NCBI GenBank assembly: GCA_022813965.1
Contig: JALDZS010000012.1
Span: 124,001 to 188,000, forward strand
Direction: 5' to 3'
Source of the DNA: Toensbergia leucococca
Taxonomy: Eukaryota
DNA length: 64,000 bases
How positions within the stretch are numbered: position 1 is the stretch's first letter; each line of letters opens with the position of its first letter. Shown here in pieces: positions 27,092 to 38,720 of the stretch. Position numbers and translations under genes: made by a program. A model generated the notes under the pieces. That model saw only the letters and a program-made list of their open reading frames with translations, made no database searches and had not been told where the DNA came from.

Positions 27092-28419
27092 ATGTCGGCG
27101 AAATTGCATAGACGGCCCCCATTCAGGGCAGAACATCTGGGCTCACTGCTACGGCCTGAAAGTCTACTTCATGTTCGCGCGGATCTTGATAAGGGCACGG
27201 TTCAGCAGCAGCAACTGACCAGCGCTGAAGATGCTGCCGTGCAGGACATTGTGAACCTTCAAATTAAGCTTGGCTTCCACCCAATTTCGGATGGGGAGTA
27301 CAGGCGTCACAGTATAGCTCTATCAGATGCTTCCCTATTATGATCTTGCTGAACATCAAGCTAGTGTTCTGGGGTACCTTTTTCCCTGGCATGGAAGGAT
27401 TTGAAGAGATCAAGAATCCTGATCCAGACATGTTCCGCATGTACATGCCCGATATTGCCGCTTTCACTGAGACGGGTCACAAGCCGGGCGAAACTGTTAT
27501 TTGCACTGGCAAGATCAAACACGTTGGTAGTACTTATATCGATCAATGGAATTACTTGAAGGGTTTGGTGCCCAATGATCGAATCCAGGAGTGCAAGTTG
27601 ACACTTGCGGCCCCCGAATGGTATCATATGCGGTACAAGGAGGGAAGAGCCTACCCGAAATCGGTGTATCGAAATGACATAGAGTACTTCTCGGACATTA
27701 GCACCGCGTATCAGAAAGAATTACAGGTTCTCTACGATAGCGGGCTACGGAATGTTCAGATCGATGATCCCAACCTTGCATGTCAGTCGAAAGTTTGAAG
27801 TGATGTAGTAAAAGATTTGTACACTCTGATGTTAATTGGTAGAACAGATTTCTGCTCCGAGAAGATGATCGCCGGGTGGAAAGAGGATAAAGAAAATACC
27901 AAAAGTGTGGAAGAGTTGTTAGATGAATACATCAAGCTTTATAATGACTGCCTTGCCAAACGTCCAGCAGATATGCATGTTGGAGTGCATCTTTGTCGTG
28001 GCAACTTCGTCAAGAGCCGGCATTTCTCCGAGGGTGGCTATGATAGAATCGCCGTCAAGCTTTTTCATGAGCTCAACGTCGATACATATTATCTCGAGTA
28101 TGATACACCTCGAGCAGGAGGGTTTGAGCCTCTGGAATCGTTGCCCAAGAACAAAAATGTTATCCTCGGTGTCATCACGTCCAAGGTTCCCGAATTGGAA
28201 AATTTGGGCGAGATGCGGACAAAGGTCTTCCAGGCTGCCGACTTCATCGCCGAAGGTAACAAGGAAACGCAAAAGGAAGCCTTGCAGAGACTCGGTGTGA
28301 GTCCGCAATGTGGTTTCGCCAGCCATGCGGACGGAAATTCAGTTGTGAGAGACGACATGGTCGCCAAGCTGACTCTGGTCAGGAAGCTCGCGGATAGTAT
28401 TTGGCCCGACGAGCCTTAG
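27092..28419 (+). CDS. Half-size cobalamin-independent methionine synthase-like protein (single catalytic barrel); three exons
   Basis: PPFRAEHLGSLLRP, ISDGEYRRH-MFWG, VQIDDP, Zn ligands HLCRGN / LEYD / SPQCGFAS; about 400 aa with no N-terminal MetE barrel. Confidence 0.88.
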
Positions 28420-30100
28420 CGATGGGCTGCTTGTCCATCAGGCAATCAATTTTACTGCTTTGTACCTTTACTCTCCAAAGAAAGTTAAGCAAAGGGTGTC
28501 TTGACACAATGGCCTTGGACTTCAAAACTCGGGTCTAGTGCTGGTAGTAATCTTCAGTCAGGCCAACCAATGCGAAGCTGAGCCTTCTGTAAACACATAT
28601 ATCCAAATTCTTGACCTTGTGGGAGAGTAATGCAAACGCTTTTCCACACTAATGTTGACGCAACATGCCATGTTGTTGTGCACCATTTTCATACAAGTCA
28701 CGAATGGTCAATTGTTGGTACTCGAATAATGTACAAGTAGTGTCGCTGGCGCAGTAAAAGATCAATGCCAATGGAAGCTTTGAATAGAATTGCTAAAAGT
28801 AAATATGGTCTTTGATTATTTTTTCCGGTGTTCTATTCGCGATTTCCGAGACACGAAACAATGCATAAAGATGATGAGAAAAGCCCGCTAGATGTACGTT
28901 TGTGGAAAGGCAACAAAGACGATTCAATTTGTAGTTTCAAGCTCCTTCCCAATGCGTGCCTCCTCCGAGAGTAGCACAGTTGGTTCACCGTGATGGTACA
29001 ACATTTGGGGTGACCCAATAGTAAATGCGGCGAAGTTTATGCTCTGCATGGATGCGGAACGGGTCGCTGCTGCGCATTTGACCTAAAGAACGTTAATAGG
29101 ACACACCAATAGCAGTGGAATCTAGAATAGCTCTAGATGGATGCTATAGTCAGGGGAATGCATGCCATACTCAAGGTTTTTTACTATTGCAGAAGCTCTC
29201 GGAAAGCCTTGAAAAGTGAGAATTGTGTCACTATTATTCTAAAGAGAACGGGAACCGAAGTTGTACATAAACGGAGTTTTATTCTGAGAGCAGAGAATTT
29301 GGCTACACTTGCACACTTATACAATTCCATGGTCTCATGGAATGCCCCTTGGAATACCTCTTGGATGATGGAAAATAAGGCTGAATGAGGGCTAGAAATT
29401 AGAAGAGAAGGAGACGTGTTAAGGACACCTTAAGTACCTTACCACCTTACCTTATCCAAGCACCCAAGTTTCAAAGTGACGAGAGTGCCGTAGGTAGGGT
29501 TTAAGCCTACCTCTCTCAAAACATCTCTTCACACTGGAATTACTGTTAATCCGTGGGTGTGTAAGGTATTCTACGAGTCCCCTAAATTTAGCGCTCAGCT
29601 ACTGGCCAGCGCCTAGCATCAACCATCTCCATCCCACTCTCACTGTGCTCATGCAAGCGGATTGAAATCATGCAGGCGCTTACTTTAGAATCGACATCTA
29701 TCAATGGCTGCAGGACCTTGCTATCTGATGTCATCCCTACCCTCCATCAGCGTTTGCATAGCATCCCTCAACCACGAGCACAAAAGACCGCGCCGACCTG
29801 TAGAACCAGGCGTGTTTCATCTTATTTCCTACAAGTCCTAATGTCATGAGCTCCTGCTCCCAGACACAGTTTTCTTTTTTCCTTACTGTATTACTACACC
29901 AAGTCTTGATGTCTGGCCCGGGGCATTGGAGTTGTGGCAGGTCAGTCATCCCAAACTGGACGAACAAAGAAATCACCGACATGTCTCTCTTGCAGCTGAA
30001 TGCGTAGTCGTTTACCTGTCATATCATTCCTCACGCTCTCATGCTTTTCACACTCTGCTAGATGCGGAAATGCTAACCTCTAATGCAGTTCTTTCACAGG

Positions 30101-32260
30101 ATGTCGATGGCCGTATTCCTATGGTCAATCCTATTCTCCTTCTTTCCATTATCTACACTGGCTGGCCCACAATCTACCGTGTTTCTTTCTCCATATGTTG
30201 CCGGTATCGTTCCCTCTTGCGCTCAAGCCTGTCTCGCATCCTTCATTGCCCAAGATTTTCCCATTTCGACTTGTCCCAGTCAACAAAATCTTGGTTGCCT
30301 GTGTGCCAGCAACAGCACATCTGGCTATACACTCGGAGAAGGCGCACTACGTTGCGTAGCCTCGGCATGCTCTAATGGTCAATTGTTGGAGGACACTACC
30401 GTATATGAGATTTGCGCTGGAGTACAAAACGCCAAGCCCATGACACACGCAACTCTTACTGCCACTATGTCACAGCCTACCACTGTTACCTTCGATTCAA
30501 TTGTACCAACACCCTCGTTGGATGATACAGATTCTCAATTACCTGTACCATCTACAACTCTAATACCATCTAGTATCAACAGTCCAATCTCGCCCGCGTC
30601 AGTATTGAGTCTGGAAACTAGTCTTGCTACTGCCCCTCCAGAGTCAACAACTCTATCCTCATCTACAATTAGCTCTGCGACCTCTGTATCAACGACAGCC
30701 TTCACTCAAACACCAACTTCGTCTACAGCCCTTGCTACTTCTTCTGCAACCAGTAGTGCCTTACCAGCTTCGAAGCCTATTCTCACAAAAGCAGGAATCG
30801 CAGGCGTCACCGTTGCTGGTGTAGCTTCAGCGGCATTGGTGTTTGGGCTCCTGTTTCTTGTATGCTGCTTGCGTAGGAAACGAGCTGAGAAGAGAAATAG
30901 TGGCTCATCTTTCGGTGGTGACAGAATTATTGAAAGTGATGAGAACGCGCCAGAGCCTGATGGTCCTGTTGCTGGGAACGTAGGCCAGGGTGACCAAACT
31001 GGAGATCAAGCCTGTCTTAGCGGACAGCGTCTTTTCGTTCCTGGCCAAGACAGCAATAGTAGATGGAGTTTCTGGAGAAGAAGTATAACGCCAGAGCAAA
31101 TAGGAGTAGCTGTGGCACCATACTCGATGCAAAACTCTCCGATGAGCGCTTCAAGCTATAGGACAACATCTCAGCTGTTGCCTGACAAGCCATCTTACAC
31201 GTTGGTTCCGTCACCACTACGTATCAAACCTTACGCGAATCCGGAAAACGGAGTTTCTCGTTTTGCGGATATTACCATTGCCCGTCGAAATGATAAGGCG
31301 CTTCCTGCGAAGCCGGCACCTCGGGGTCGCAACTCCCTAGACACGAGTCAGACGCCGATCCAGCATCGCATGATTGCTCCTCGTCCCCCATCTTTAGACC
31401 CGTTCGTTAACACCCAGGACGACCCTCGCGCTATGATGTATGCCAGAGAGCGCAAACGCGCCTCGCCTTCGATGCTTCCTCGTATCGTTCCACCAGGCCC
31501 CAGTGTATTACACAGCGGCCAATGGACGACTTCGCCAGATGTGTTACGGAAACCAGTACCTGCGCGCCAGCCTGTGAATCTTGCTCCCCCGCAAGTCTGG
31601 AATCAACCTATGGCCCAGTTTCAGACTACGACGAACAGCTCCAATCCTGCCTCCCGAGTTGGCCGTCCCTCTTATACACAAATCAACCCACCCAAAACTG
31701 CGTCAGGTCAAGTGCATGACTTCGTTCCAATTCGCAAGAGCTTAGGCAAAAGACCACAGACACAGTATTCAGCGGCCTCTGAAACGAGCTTTGAAGAAGA
31801 AGGTGATGACGCAGAGACGATGCCAGAACCTCGGCTAGCCCTTTCGCCCGTGGTAGAGTCACCTCCCAGCGCAAGGCCTCCTCTGGGCGGTGTCAGATAT
31901 CCAAGGGTACCTGAGTCAGCCACCTCTTTCGCAGATCGATGTCTTGCACCTGAAAGTCCAACTCGCAAGCCACCTCGCAGAGGGCAAATGGAGCCGCTGA
32001 TCTCCAGATCCAACGATAGAGGCAGACTTCCGGTAGATTTATATGATATGCCTGAGCTACCAGATCAAACGAGCTCTCTTCTTGCGAAAAGACGCGGAGA
32101 AGAAAAGGCAAGAAGTTTAGAAAAAGGCCTCAGAGAACGGCAGCATAATAATCAGGCGATCATGCCATCCGCCAAATGGAAAATTCTGGTTGGGCCTGGC
32201 CTCGATGGAATTGAAAACACTAGCTCGCCTCACGCGGCGGATAGCTCGGTCGCTCGCTAA
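30101..32260 (+). CDS. Single-pass membrane protein: signal peptide, 8-Cys CFEM-like domain, S/T stalk, TM, long low-complexity cytoplasmic tail
   Basis: VPSCAQACL...TCPSQQNLGCLC...LRCVASAC...EIC; TM AGIAGVTVAGVASAALVFGLLFLVCCL followed by RRKR. The ORF-track ATG (30083) sits between a branch point GCTAAC (30072-30077) and CAG (30086-30088), so ATG 30101 is the likelier start. Confidence 0.8.
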   Translation: MSMAVFLWSILFSFFPLSTLAGPQSTVFLSPYVAGIVPSCAQACLASFIAQDFPISTCPSQQNLGCLCASNSTSGYTLGEGALRCVASACSNGQLLEDTTVYEICAGVQNAKPMTHATLTATMSQPTTVTFDSIVPTPSLDDTDSQLPVPSTTLIPSSINSPISPASVLSLETSLATAPPESTTLSSSTISSATSVSTTAFTQTPTSSTALATSSATSSALPASKPILTKAGIAGVTVAGVASAALVFGLLFLVCCLRRKRAEKRNSGSSFGGDRIIESDENAPEPDGPVAGNVGQGDQTGDQACLSGQRLFVPGQDSNSRWSFWRRSITPEQIGVAVAPYSMQNSPMSASSYRTTSQLLPDKPSYTLVPSPLRIKPYANPENGVSRFADITIARRNDKALPAKPAPRGRNSLDTSQTPIQHRMIAPRPPSLDPFVNTQDDPRAMMYARERKRASPSMLPRIVPPGPSVLHSGQWTTSPDVLRKPVPARQPVNLAPPQVWNQPMAQFQTTTNSSNPASRVGRPSYTQINPPKTASGQVHDFVPIRKSLGKRPQTQYSAASETSFEEEGDDAETMPEPRLALSPVVESPPSARPPLGGVRYPRVPESATSFADRCLAPESPTRKPPRRGQMEPLISRSNDRGRLPVDLYDMPELPDQTSSLLAKRRGEEKARSLEKGLRERQHNNQAIMPSAKWKILVGPGLDGIENTSSPHAADSSVAR

Positions 32261-32836
32261 TAACATCATGGAGGCTATGGTTCTTCAGCTAAAGTTAGGT
32301 GTACATTATGAGGGCAAGGAGCATTGGCAGGACGGCGTTGAGTACTTTGACGGATTTAGCATTTAAGGTGTTGAGGGAAAATCCCATTTCTATTCGATGT
32401 ATATCATGGGACGGAGCCGTTCGCTTGATACCCTACCATGCATATGAGGTGTTTGTTTTAGCGTTGCATACACGATGAATACCTAGTCATATGGGGGAAA
32501 TATTACTTTGTAGAAAAATATGAACCAGGCACTCGATACCTTCATTGTTTTTGAGATTGGCACTGATCTCTTCCTTACCCACACGTGTATTCAGAATCCA
32601 AATTGCACTACCTTTGTCCCGGTAGTATTAGCCGAAACGGCTGGGGAGGTTTCACAATCTTTCGACTCTCTCTCAGAGGTGAAGGCGATTCGGTAGAGTC
32701 CATCAGTACCAAAGCAGAATGTCAGAGCACTCATTCGTTCCCAACTCTCATCATTTACTGCCATCTGCAACGTCTCGCAACCCCAAACACTATCTCCCTT
32801 CACCGTTCACAGACATCTTCCTCCATAACGCATCCA

Positions 32837-33451
32837 CTATATCATAAGCCTCTCCACCTTATCTTTCAATCCGCGGATCTGCGACATGAGCTCGCTCGCT
32901 TCGTTCGTGGTGATACTGCATGATATCACCGCGCGACTGACGCCACACGCCCTACCAAGAGCCGATTTCGATGGAACGTACACGTAGCTGTAGCAAATTG
33001 TCAGTGAGAGCATCGCTTGGGATGATGAGTGCCAAGAAAGGACGCACGGGACATTTTTATCCTCGCAGATTAGGGGCAGGTGGAGGAGGATTGCGAGTGG
33101 GGCGGTGTCGGCTGCTAAGACTATGATTTCAGAGGTTCCGCGGTTGAGGGTTTTGGTAGCTGCTCAGAAGGGAGGGAAGGATTAGTCGGGTAGTTTTAGG
33201 GGGAGGATTGGAAGGGAGAGTGGATACCTTCGTTTGCGCCCTTCTTCAATTGGCGGAAGTGAGATGCTTTAGATTGTTAGTGTGGATTGCGAGGGGTTGT
33301 TGGGTTTCTGGTACCTTGTTGAATGAGGTCGAGGATTTCTTGGGTGAGCGCACTGTCCGCTATCGGCCATGCTGGATGTATGCGTTAGATATTGAGATGG
33401 AAATGAGAGAGTGGGCAGAGATTGCTTACCGGCTGATTGTCCGTCTGCCAT
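32837..33451 (-). CDS. SNU13: Snu13/15.5K (L7Ae family) kink-turn-binding protein of box C/D snoRNP and U4 snRNP; five exons
   Basis: Spliced: [98 protein letters not shown]...KVERLMI*. Confidence 0.95.
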
Positions 33452-33834
33452 TACTGTTGTGGAGGATTAATTTTCTTGTAAAGTAGTTTGGTGAGAGTAG
33501 ACGTGAGACGGGAGAAAGATGGATAGAAATAGCAGGCAAAGGGTTCCTTGCGTTGGCTCGCCCTTTTGCGCTCTATTTGCTGAAAAGTTGAAATTTCGAT
33601 ACTGAATATTCAAAGCTCAAAAAGCGTGGAAAAGTGCAACGGCACGTGATTTCACCTTTCTCGCTAAAGCAGCCACCTCGAGATCTCCGACCTCATCCTC
33701 TCCAATCGTCACCACCACGAGTAACAATCAATCCATTACTGTCCAAGACCTGCATCCCATTCGGCCAGAATCTTCTTTCTCTTCTATCTTCCACACTCGT
33801 AAGAAGTAGTTGCTGTACTTTTACATTCGTCAAA

Positions 33835-34795
33835 ATGTCTTCCGATCTTTGGTACGTTTTTGCCCTACGTTGCTCTTGATCTGGCCCGTTCTTCGCGAGG
33901 AGAGCAAGCTTCAGTGATGACCCCCTTTGAGCTTCTGCCTCTTTGACCCTTCGCACAATTACGACGGTCTTCTGAGCTGACCTTTGGCTCTTCATAGTCC
34001 CGTCTATGCTGTTAGTATACTCCACCCGAACCCCAGCTACGCCACAGCAGGCGATCCACGTCAAAGTCTCCATAACAATTCAGCCCATCAAGACCTGGGC
34101 CTCGTTGCCAATATCGCAGAGAGCTAATACGTCACCACAGCCTTTCTTCGGTGCGATGGGGTGCACATCCGCCATCGTCTTCACCTGCTTCGGTGCTGCC
34201 TACGGGACAGCCAAGTCTGGCGTCGGTATTTCAGCAATGGGTGTTTTACGACCAGATCTTATTGTCAAGAGTATGTTCCGAATACTCAACCTCTTGCGAC
34301 AAATGGCTGAACACAAAGATAGACATTGTACCTGTTATCATGGCTGGTATCATCGGTATCTACGGCCTTGTCGTCTCAGTCTTGATCTCGAGTGATCTCA
34401 AGCAAAAGCTGCCTCTGTATACTGGCTTCATCCAATTGGGCGCAGGGCTTAGTGTTGGCTTGGCCGGTCTTGCTGCTGGGTAGGTCTACCACTCCTTTCC
34501 CCTCCGATAACGATCTATCCCGTGTATACTCCATGGCCCCCGCCCCAAACAATAATTGACTTTTATAACTAGTTTCGCAATCGGTATCGTCGGTGATGCT
34601 GGTGTCCGTGGCACTGCTCAACAACCCAGGCTGTTCGTCGGCATGATTCTGATTCTCATTTTCGCTGAAGTCTTGGGCAAGTCCATCAACCCCAGTATTC
34701 AGGACCACCAAATTTTAACATGTCAATCAGGTCTATACGGTCTAATCGTAGCCCTTCTAATGAACTCCCGGGCCACCCTTGACGTCTCATGCTAG
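33835..34795 (+). CDS. VMA3: V-ATPase V0 proteolipid subunit c; six exons including a 13-nt micro-exon (33998-34010) and a GC-AG intron (34677-34730)
   Basis: [40 protein letters not shown]...[25 protein letters not shown]...[45 protein letters not shown]. Confidence 0.97.
33908..33978 (+). ncRNA. snR73: Intronic box C/D snoRNA, predicted guide for large-subunit rRNA Cm2959 (yeast numbering); snR73/SNORD35-like
   Basis: Inside VMA3 intron 1 (33852-33997): C box GTGATGA 33914-33920, D box CTGA 33972-33975. The guide TTACGACGGTCT (33959-33970) is complementary to conserved 25S rRNA AGACCGUCGUGA with one G-U pair. The fifth nt upstream of box D pairs with the first C of AGACC. Confidence 0.85.
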
Positions 34796-35622
34796 ACGTT
34801 CACCATCTTTATTAAATACCAATCAAGGCAGAAGGACAAAACAGCACGAGTTGACTACATCTAAACTCGTTGCCTTAATCCAAAGCAGCTCTGTAGCCGT
34901 GTACGAAAAGGGGAGGATAGCAAAGCAGCAGATAAATGTTTCAGGTCGTGTTTTTATATGGAGGAAGTGGGCGGAAGCTTTCAGTGCAGTTTGTTCCTTT
35001 GAATCATCTTACCCCCCCTCGGCGTTTGTGCATAGAAACCCCTTCCCAGTGAAATTGTGCCCACGATGAATTGGAGATTTCAATGGATCGTGAAGCTTAG
35101 CTAGTTCGAGTTGATCCTTCAAGTGAACGTACAAATCATACTGTATTTATCCCCGCCAATATTATTCCCGCATCCTGTGATTTCTGAAGACGGATCAATT
35201 TTAAGAATCGTGAGGTGCTCGTTGTATTGAGGTAGTGCCTGGTCCTGTATCTAGCCATATGGGAGGATCCTTTTCGAGGCTAATCGACATTATTCTCAAA
35301 AAAAGGCATGTTATGTCACGAAGGGGGTTTGCAAGTGAATTGAGCAATACATAATGAGTACGAGAATTGTAAGAAGAGGATGCTGTAAAGAATAGGCTCC
35401 GATATCGCGCTCATCACCCCTCTACATGACCCTTTCCCTCTCTCTGCAAAAAGCACAATCATTGCCTACATCCCATCACAACCTCATCTTCTCACTCATA
35501 CAGTGACCCCTCACTCATCCCTGCAAGAGTTCAATACTCTCCAAAACCTATCCGCGTAGTCACCCAACCACAGCCAACCACCTCCAACGACTCCCCTCTC
35601 AAACAAAAGCAGCTGAACTCGC

Positions 35623-36875
35623 TTAGAGCTTATCAAGCTTCCTCCTCAAATTGCGGTTCCTCTTCATCAGTTTCTTATACTTGTGCTTCTTCATCTTCAG
35701 TTTCCGCTGCCTCTTGACGCTGATGGCCCGCCATATCATTCCATCCCCACGGACACCTTCTCGGTAATCCTCCCACGCTTCTTGGCGGTGAAGCATGCGG
35801 GTAAGGAAGGGTTGATGGGGTGGGGGATGCATGCTGATGCTAGGGGCGTCGTCTGAAGTTTGGGAGAAGTTTTGCGAGTGAGGTAGAGAAGTTTCGAGCA
35901 GGGGAGAGGTGTGGGTTTTGAAAGTTTTGCGGCCAGAGGGGTGGGTGCTTTCTAGGATGGTGAGGATTGTGGAGTAGGATTTTTGGGAGGAGCTGGGTGG
36001 GGGGTGGATTTGGGTTTTGTTTGCTAGGGAGGACATAGGCACTGGCGGAGGTGGGGCGACGAAGGGACGGAAATTTCTAGCTAGATCTTGCAGGTCAAGG
36101 TGAATTGGCTGGGGTCCATCGAGGTGGGTGCGGTCGTCTGCGTTGGAGGTCGAGGCTTGGGTGATTGCGGTACGGAGGTCGAGTTCTTCAGCGGTCATCT
36201 GGTGGAGTCGAGGCGTGGAGCTTTGAGTCTCTTGGCCGCTTTGGTGAGCGGATTGTTGGGAGGCGTTCTCCAGGTTGGAAAATGTGGAGGAGAGGGTATA
36301 GATGACATCTGATGGCTGGAGTTTTTGGTTGCGATTTTTCGAAAGAGCAAAGATTGAGGAGAAGGCTGTTGGGCTGGAAGTTGGAGGGACGGAGACGGTG
36401 ACTGATATGGGTCTGTGAATAGAAAAGAAGGAGGCTACGTGAATGTCTGGAGTAGTGTTAATTGGGTCTTGCGGTAGTATTGAAGCGGGTCAACCCGACC
36501 GTTGGGATGCAAATGCTGAGTAGACGGAACGATTGGTAGATTCATTATAGGATCCTCCTTCCTTTTTACGTCTGTGTCCGGCAAGACAACTCTAGGTTTC
36601 CGCCTACTGAGGCGCGTGCTTGAGCGCTTGGGTGCATCCTCTACTGCGGGACTCGTTTCCGCAGTGGGTGCCTCTGTTGGGGCAGCGATAGGCCGTGCAT
36701 CATCTTTGGGCGGGCTGGACGGTTTCGAGGAAGAGTATGTACGTTGATGAGTTCGGATGGCCAGCGGACGTGGGGAGCCTGATATTAGGACCTGGGAAGC
36801 CGGTGAGATTGCAGAGCACGAAAGGCAAGTCCAGGCACTCTTGCGAGTAGCCCCACCCCATGATAGCGAGATCAT
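35623..36875 (-). CDS. COX24: Mitochondrial Cox24/mS38 (DUF1713) protein; two exons
   Basis: Arg/Ser-rich presequence-like N-terminus; SFFSIHRPISV; C-terminal ISVKRQRKLKMKKHKYKKLMKRNRNLRRKLDKL. Confidence 0.85.
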
Positions 36876-37392
36876 GATGGCATATGGGTAGAAAGAGCGT
36901 AGAGGTCTGTATGCTCACTATTCATGTGAAGTTTCTTATGGGGATTGAGGATGAAGTCCTGTTGAGGCAAATGACGGACCGAGGACGAGGAAGAACTACG
37001 GAGGCCCGAAATTGCGCGGTGGTGATCAGAATAGAAAATACGGCGGGTGACACATCTTTGGTCGTCACAATGAACAATCATTAAATGACGAGCCAGCTTG
37101 TACATAAGTCATTTCCGTCTTGTTTCCTGCCTCCTACCTCCTGCCTCATGCTACAGGACTACCGACATTTCATATCAACGACCGTAATCATCAAGTCTTC
37201 TGATCGAAAACGACGAGCCAAAACATATACAAACGCTTGCTACTCTGTAGAACCGCTGAAAGACGCCTCTCCTCGACGGTACTCGAGCGCAGGAAAACTC
37301 GGTAGAACACTCTTCGAGATGTAGGTGGGTATCGCAAAATGAAAGCTATCGTGATGCCGCAAGGCGTGCTTTTATCTTTGAATGCCCGGACA

Positions 37393-38720
37393 CTACAGTA
37401 TCAAGCTATTCAGGTTGTGCTGAACCACAGTATCCTGCACGCTTAGCATGGTGATCTTCAGTAAGTTGGTATCCGTCGCGTTGGTGAAGTGGACGTAGAC
37501 TTCTCTGCCTTCCGTGCGGTTGAGGCTACGGAACTTCTTGGAGAAGTAATTGCACCCTGCCGAGTAATCGTCGTCTGCGCCTGTATAATCAGGGAAATAG
37601 TGTCGGATTGGCTTTTCCGCTAGCTTCTCTTTGAACAGATCTGTTTTATTGAGGAATAAAATGATTGAAGATTTGCGAAACCACTGCAGGCTCATGATGG
37701 ACTCGAAGAGTAATAATGCTTCCTGCATTTGATTCTTTGTGGATAGCCAGTCAGAAAATTGCTCTCCCTATGAATAAGGTCATTCCGAACAAGGATGAAC
37801 ATACCGCGGTCTTATCTTCAACCAAGCATTGGTCATACCCACTCAGAGCAGCAATGAACATGAGGCAATGAACCCCCTCAAAGCAATGCACCCACTTCTT
37901 TCGCTCGGACCGCTGACCACCTACATCAAACATATGATAGTTCACAGGACCGAGCTCGAAGAGAGTCTCGGTAATACCAGTAGTCCGCAGGCGGGAACGG
38001 AGGACATCTTGATCACTCGGGAGGTAGTCGTGTGCAAAAAGACGGTCAATGTTGGCATAATAGCTTGTGGAGTAAGTATTTGTCGTGCATTTAATGAATG
38101 CCGGGAGCTCACTATTGAATGTTATCATGAAGAGCATACTCATTGCCACGCCTCATGGTGTCTTGTACTGCTGGATCCGCCCAAAGCCCTTTCATAGCTG
38201 CGAGACATTCGATGGGAAAAGAGTCATTGTACCCGATGTCCTTGGTATGAGCAATGACCGCTTCATAATCCTCCCGAATGTTCAGCTGGGAGCAAGCATT
38301 TGTGTTCTGCAAGGGAAAATACCTCTGATTCACTGTATTCGTACTGACTGCCGGCTTCTCGCATCTCCTCGGCGATGATTTTGAATGCAACCACCATATT
38401 GGAGAAGATGACCTGTCGAATTTCCTTGCGCTCATTCAAAGGAAACCCGTCAGTGTGAATGAGACGCATTTGCTTCAAGATCGTGGATTTTCCGGATTCT
38501 CCAGCACCTAAATTAGACAAATGTGAGAACCCAAATTCCTATCTAGACGGCAAAGAGGAGATAATGCATAGGGCCTATACGAACCTAAGAGCAAAATCTT
38601 AATTTGCTTTGTTTGAACCTTCCTGTCCTTGCGTATCAACTTTTCGATTTCCGAGTTTCTTCTCCTCTCCTCAGTCGTGGAGCGGGCTAGGGCATTCCCC
38701 GCGACCTTTGGAAAGCACAT
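37393..38720 (-). CDS. Heterotrimeric G-protein alpha subunit, group II (GNA-2 type); five exons
   Basis: MCF start without Gly2; [60 protein letters not shown]-terminus NLNSLIL. Confidence 0.92.
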
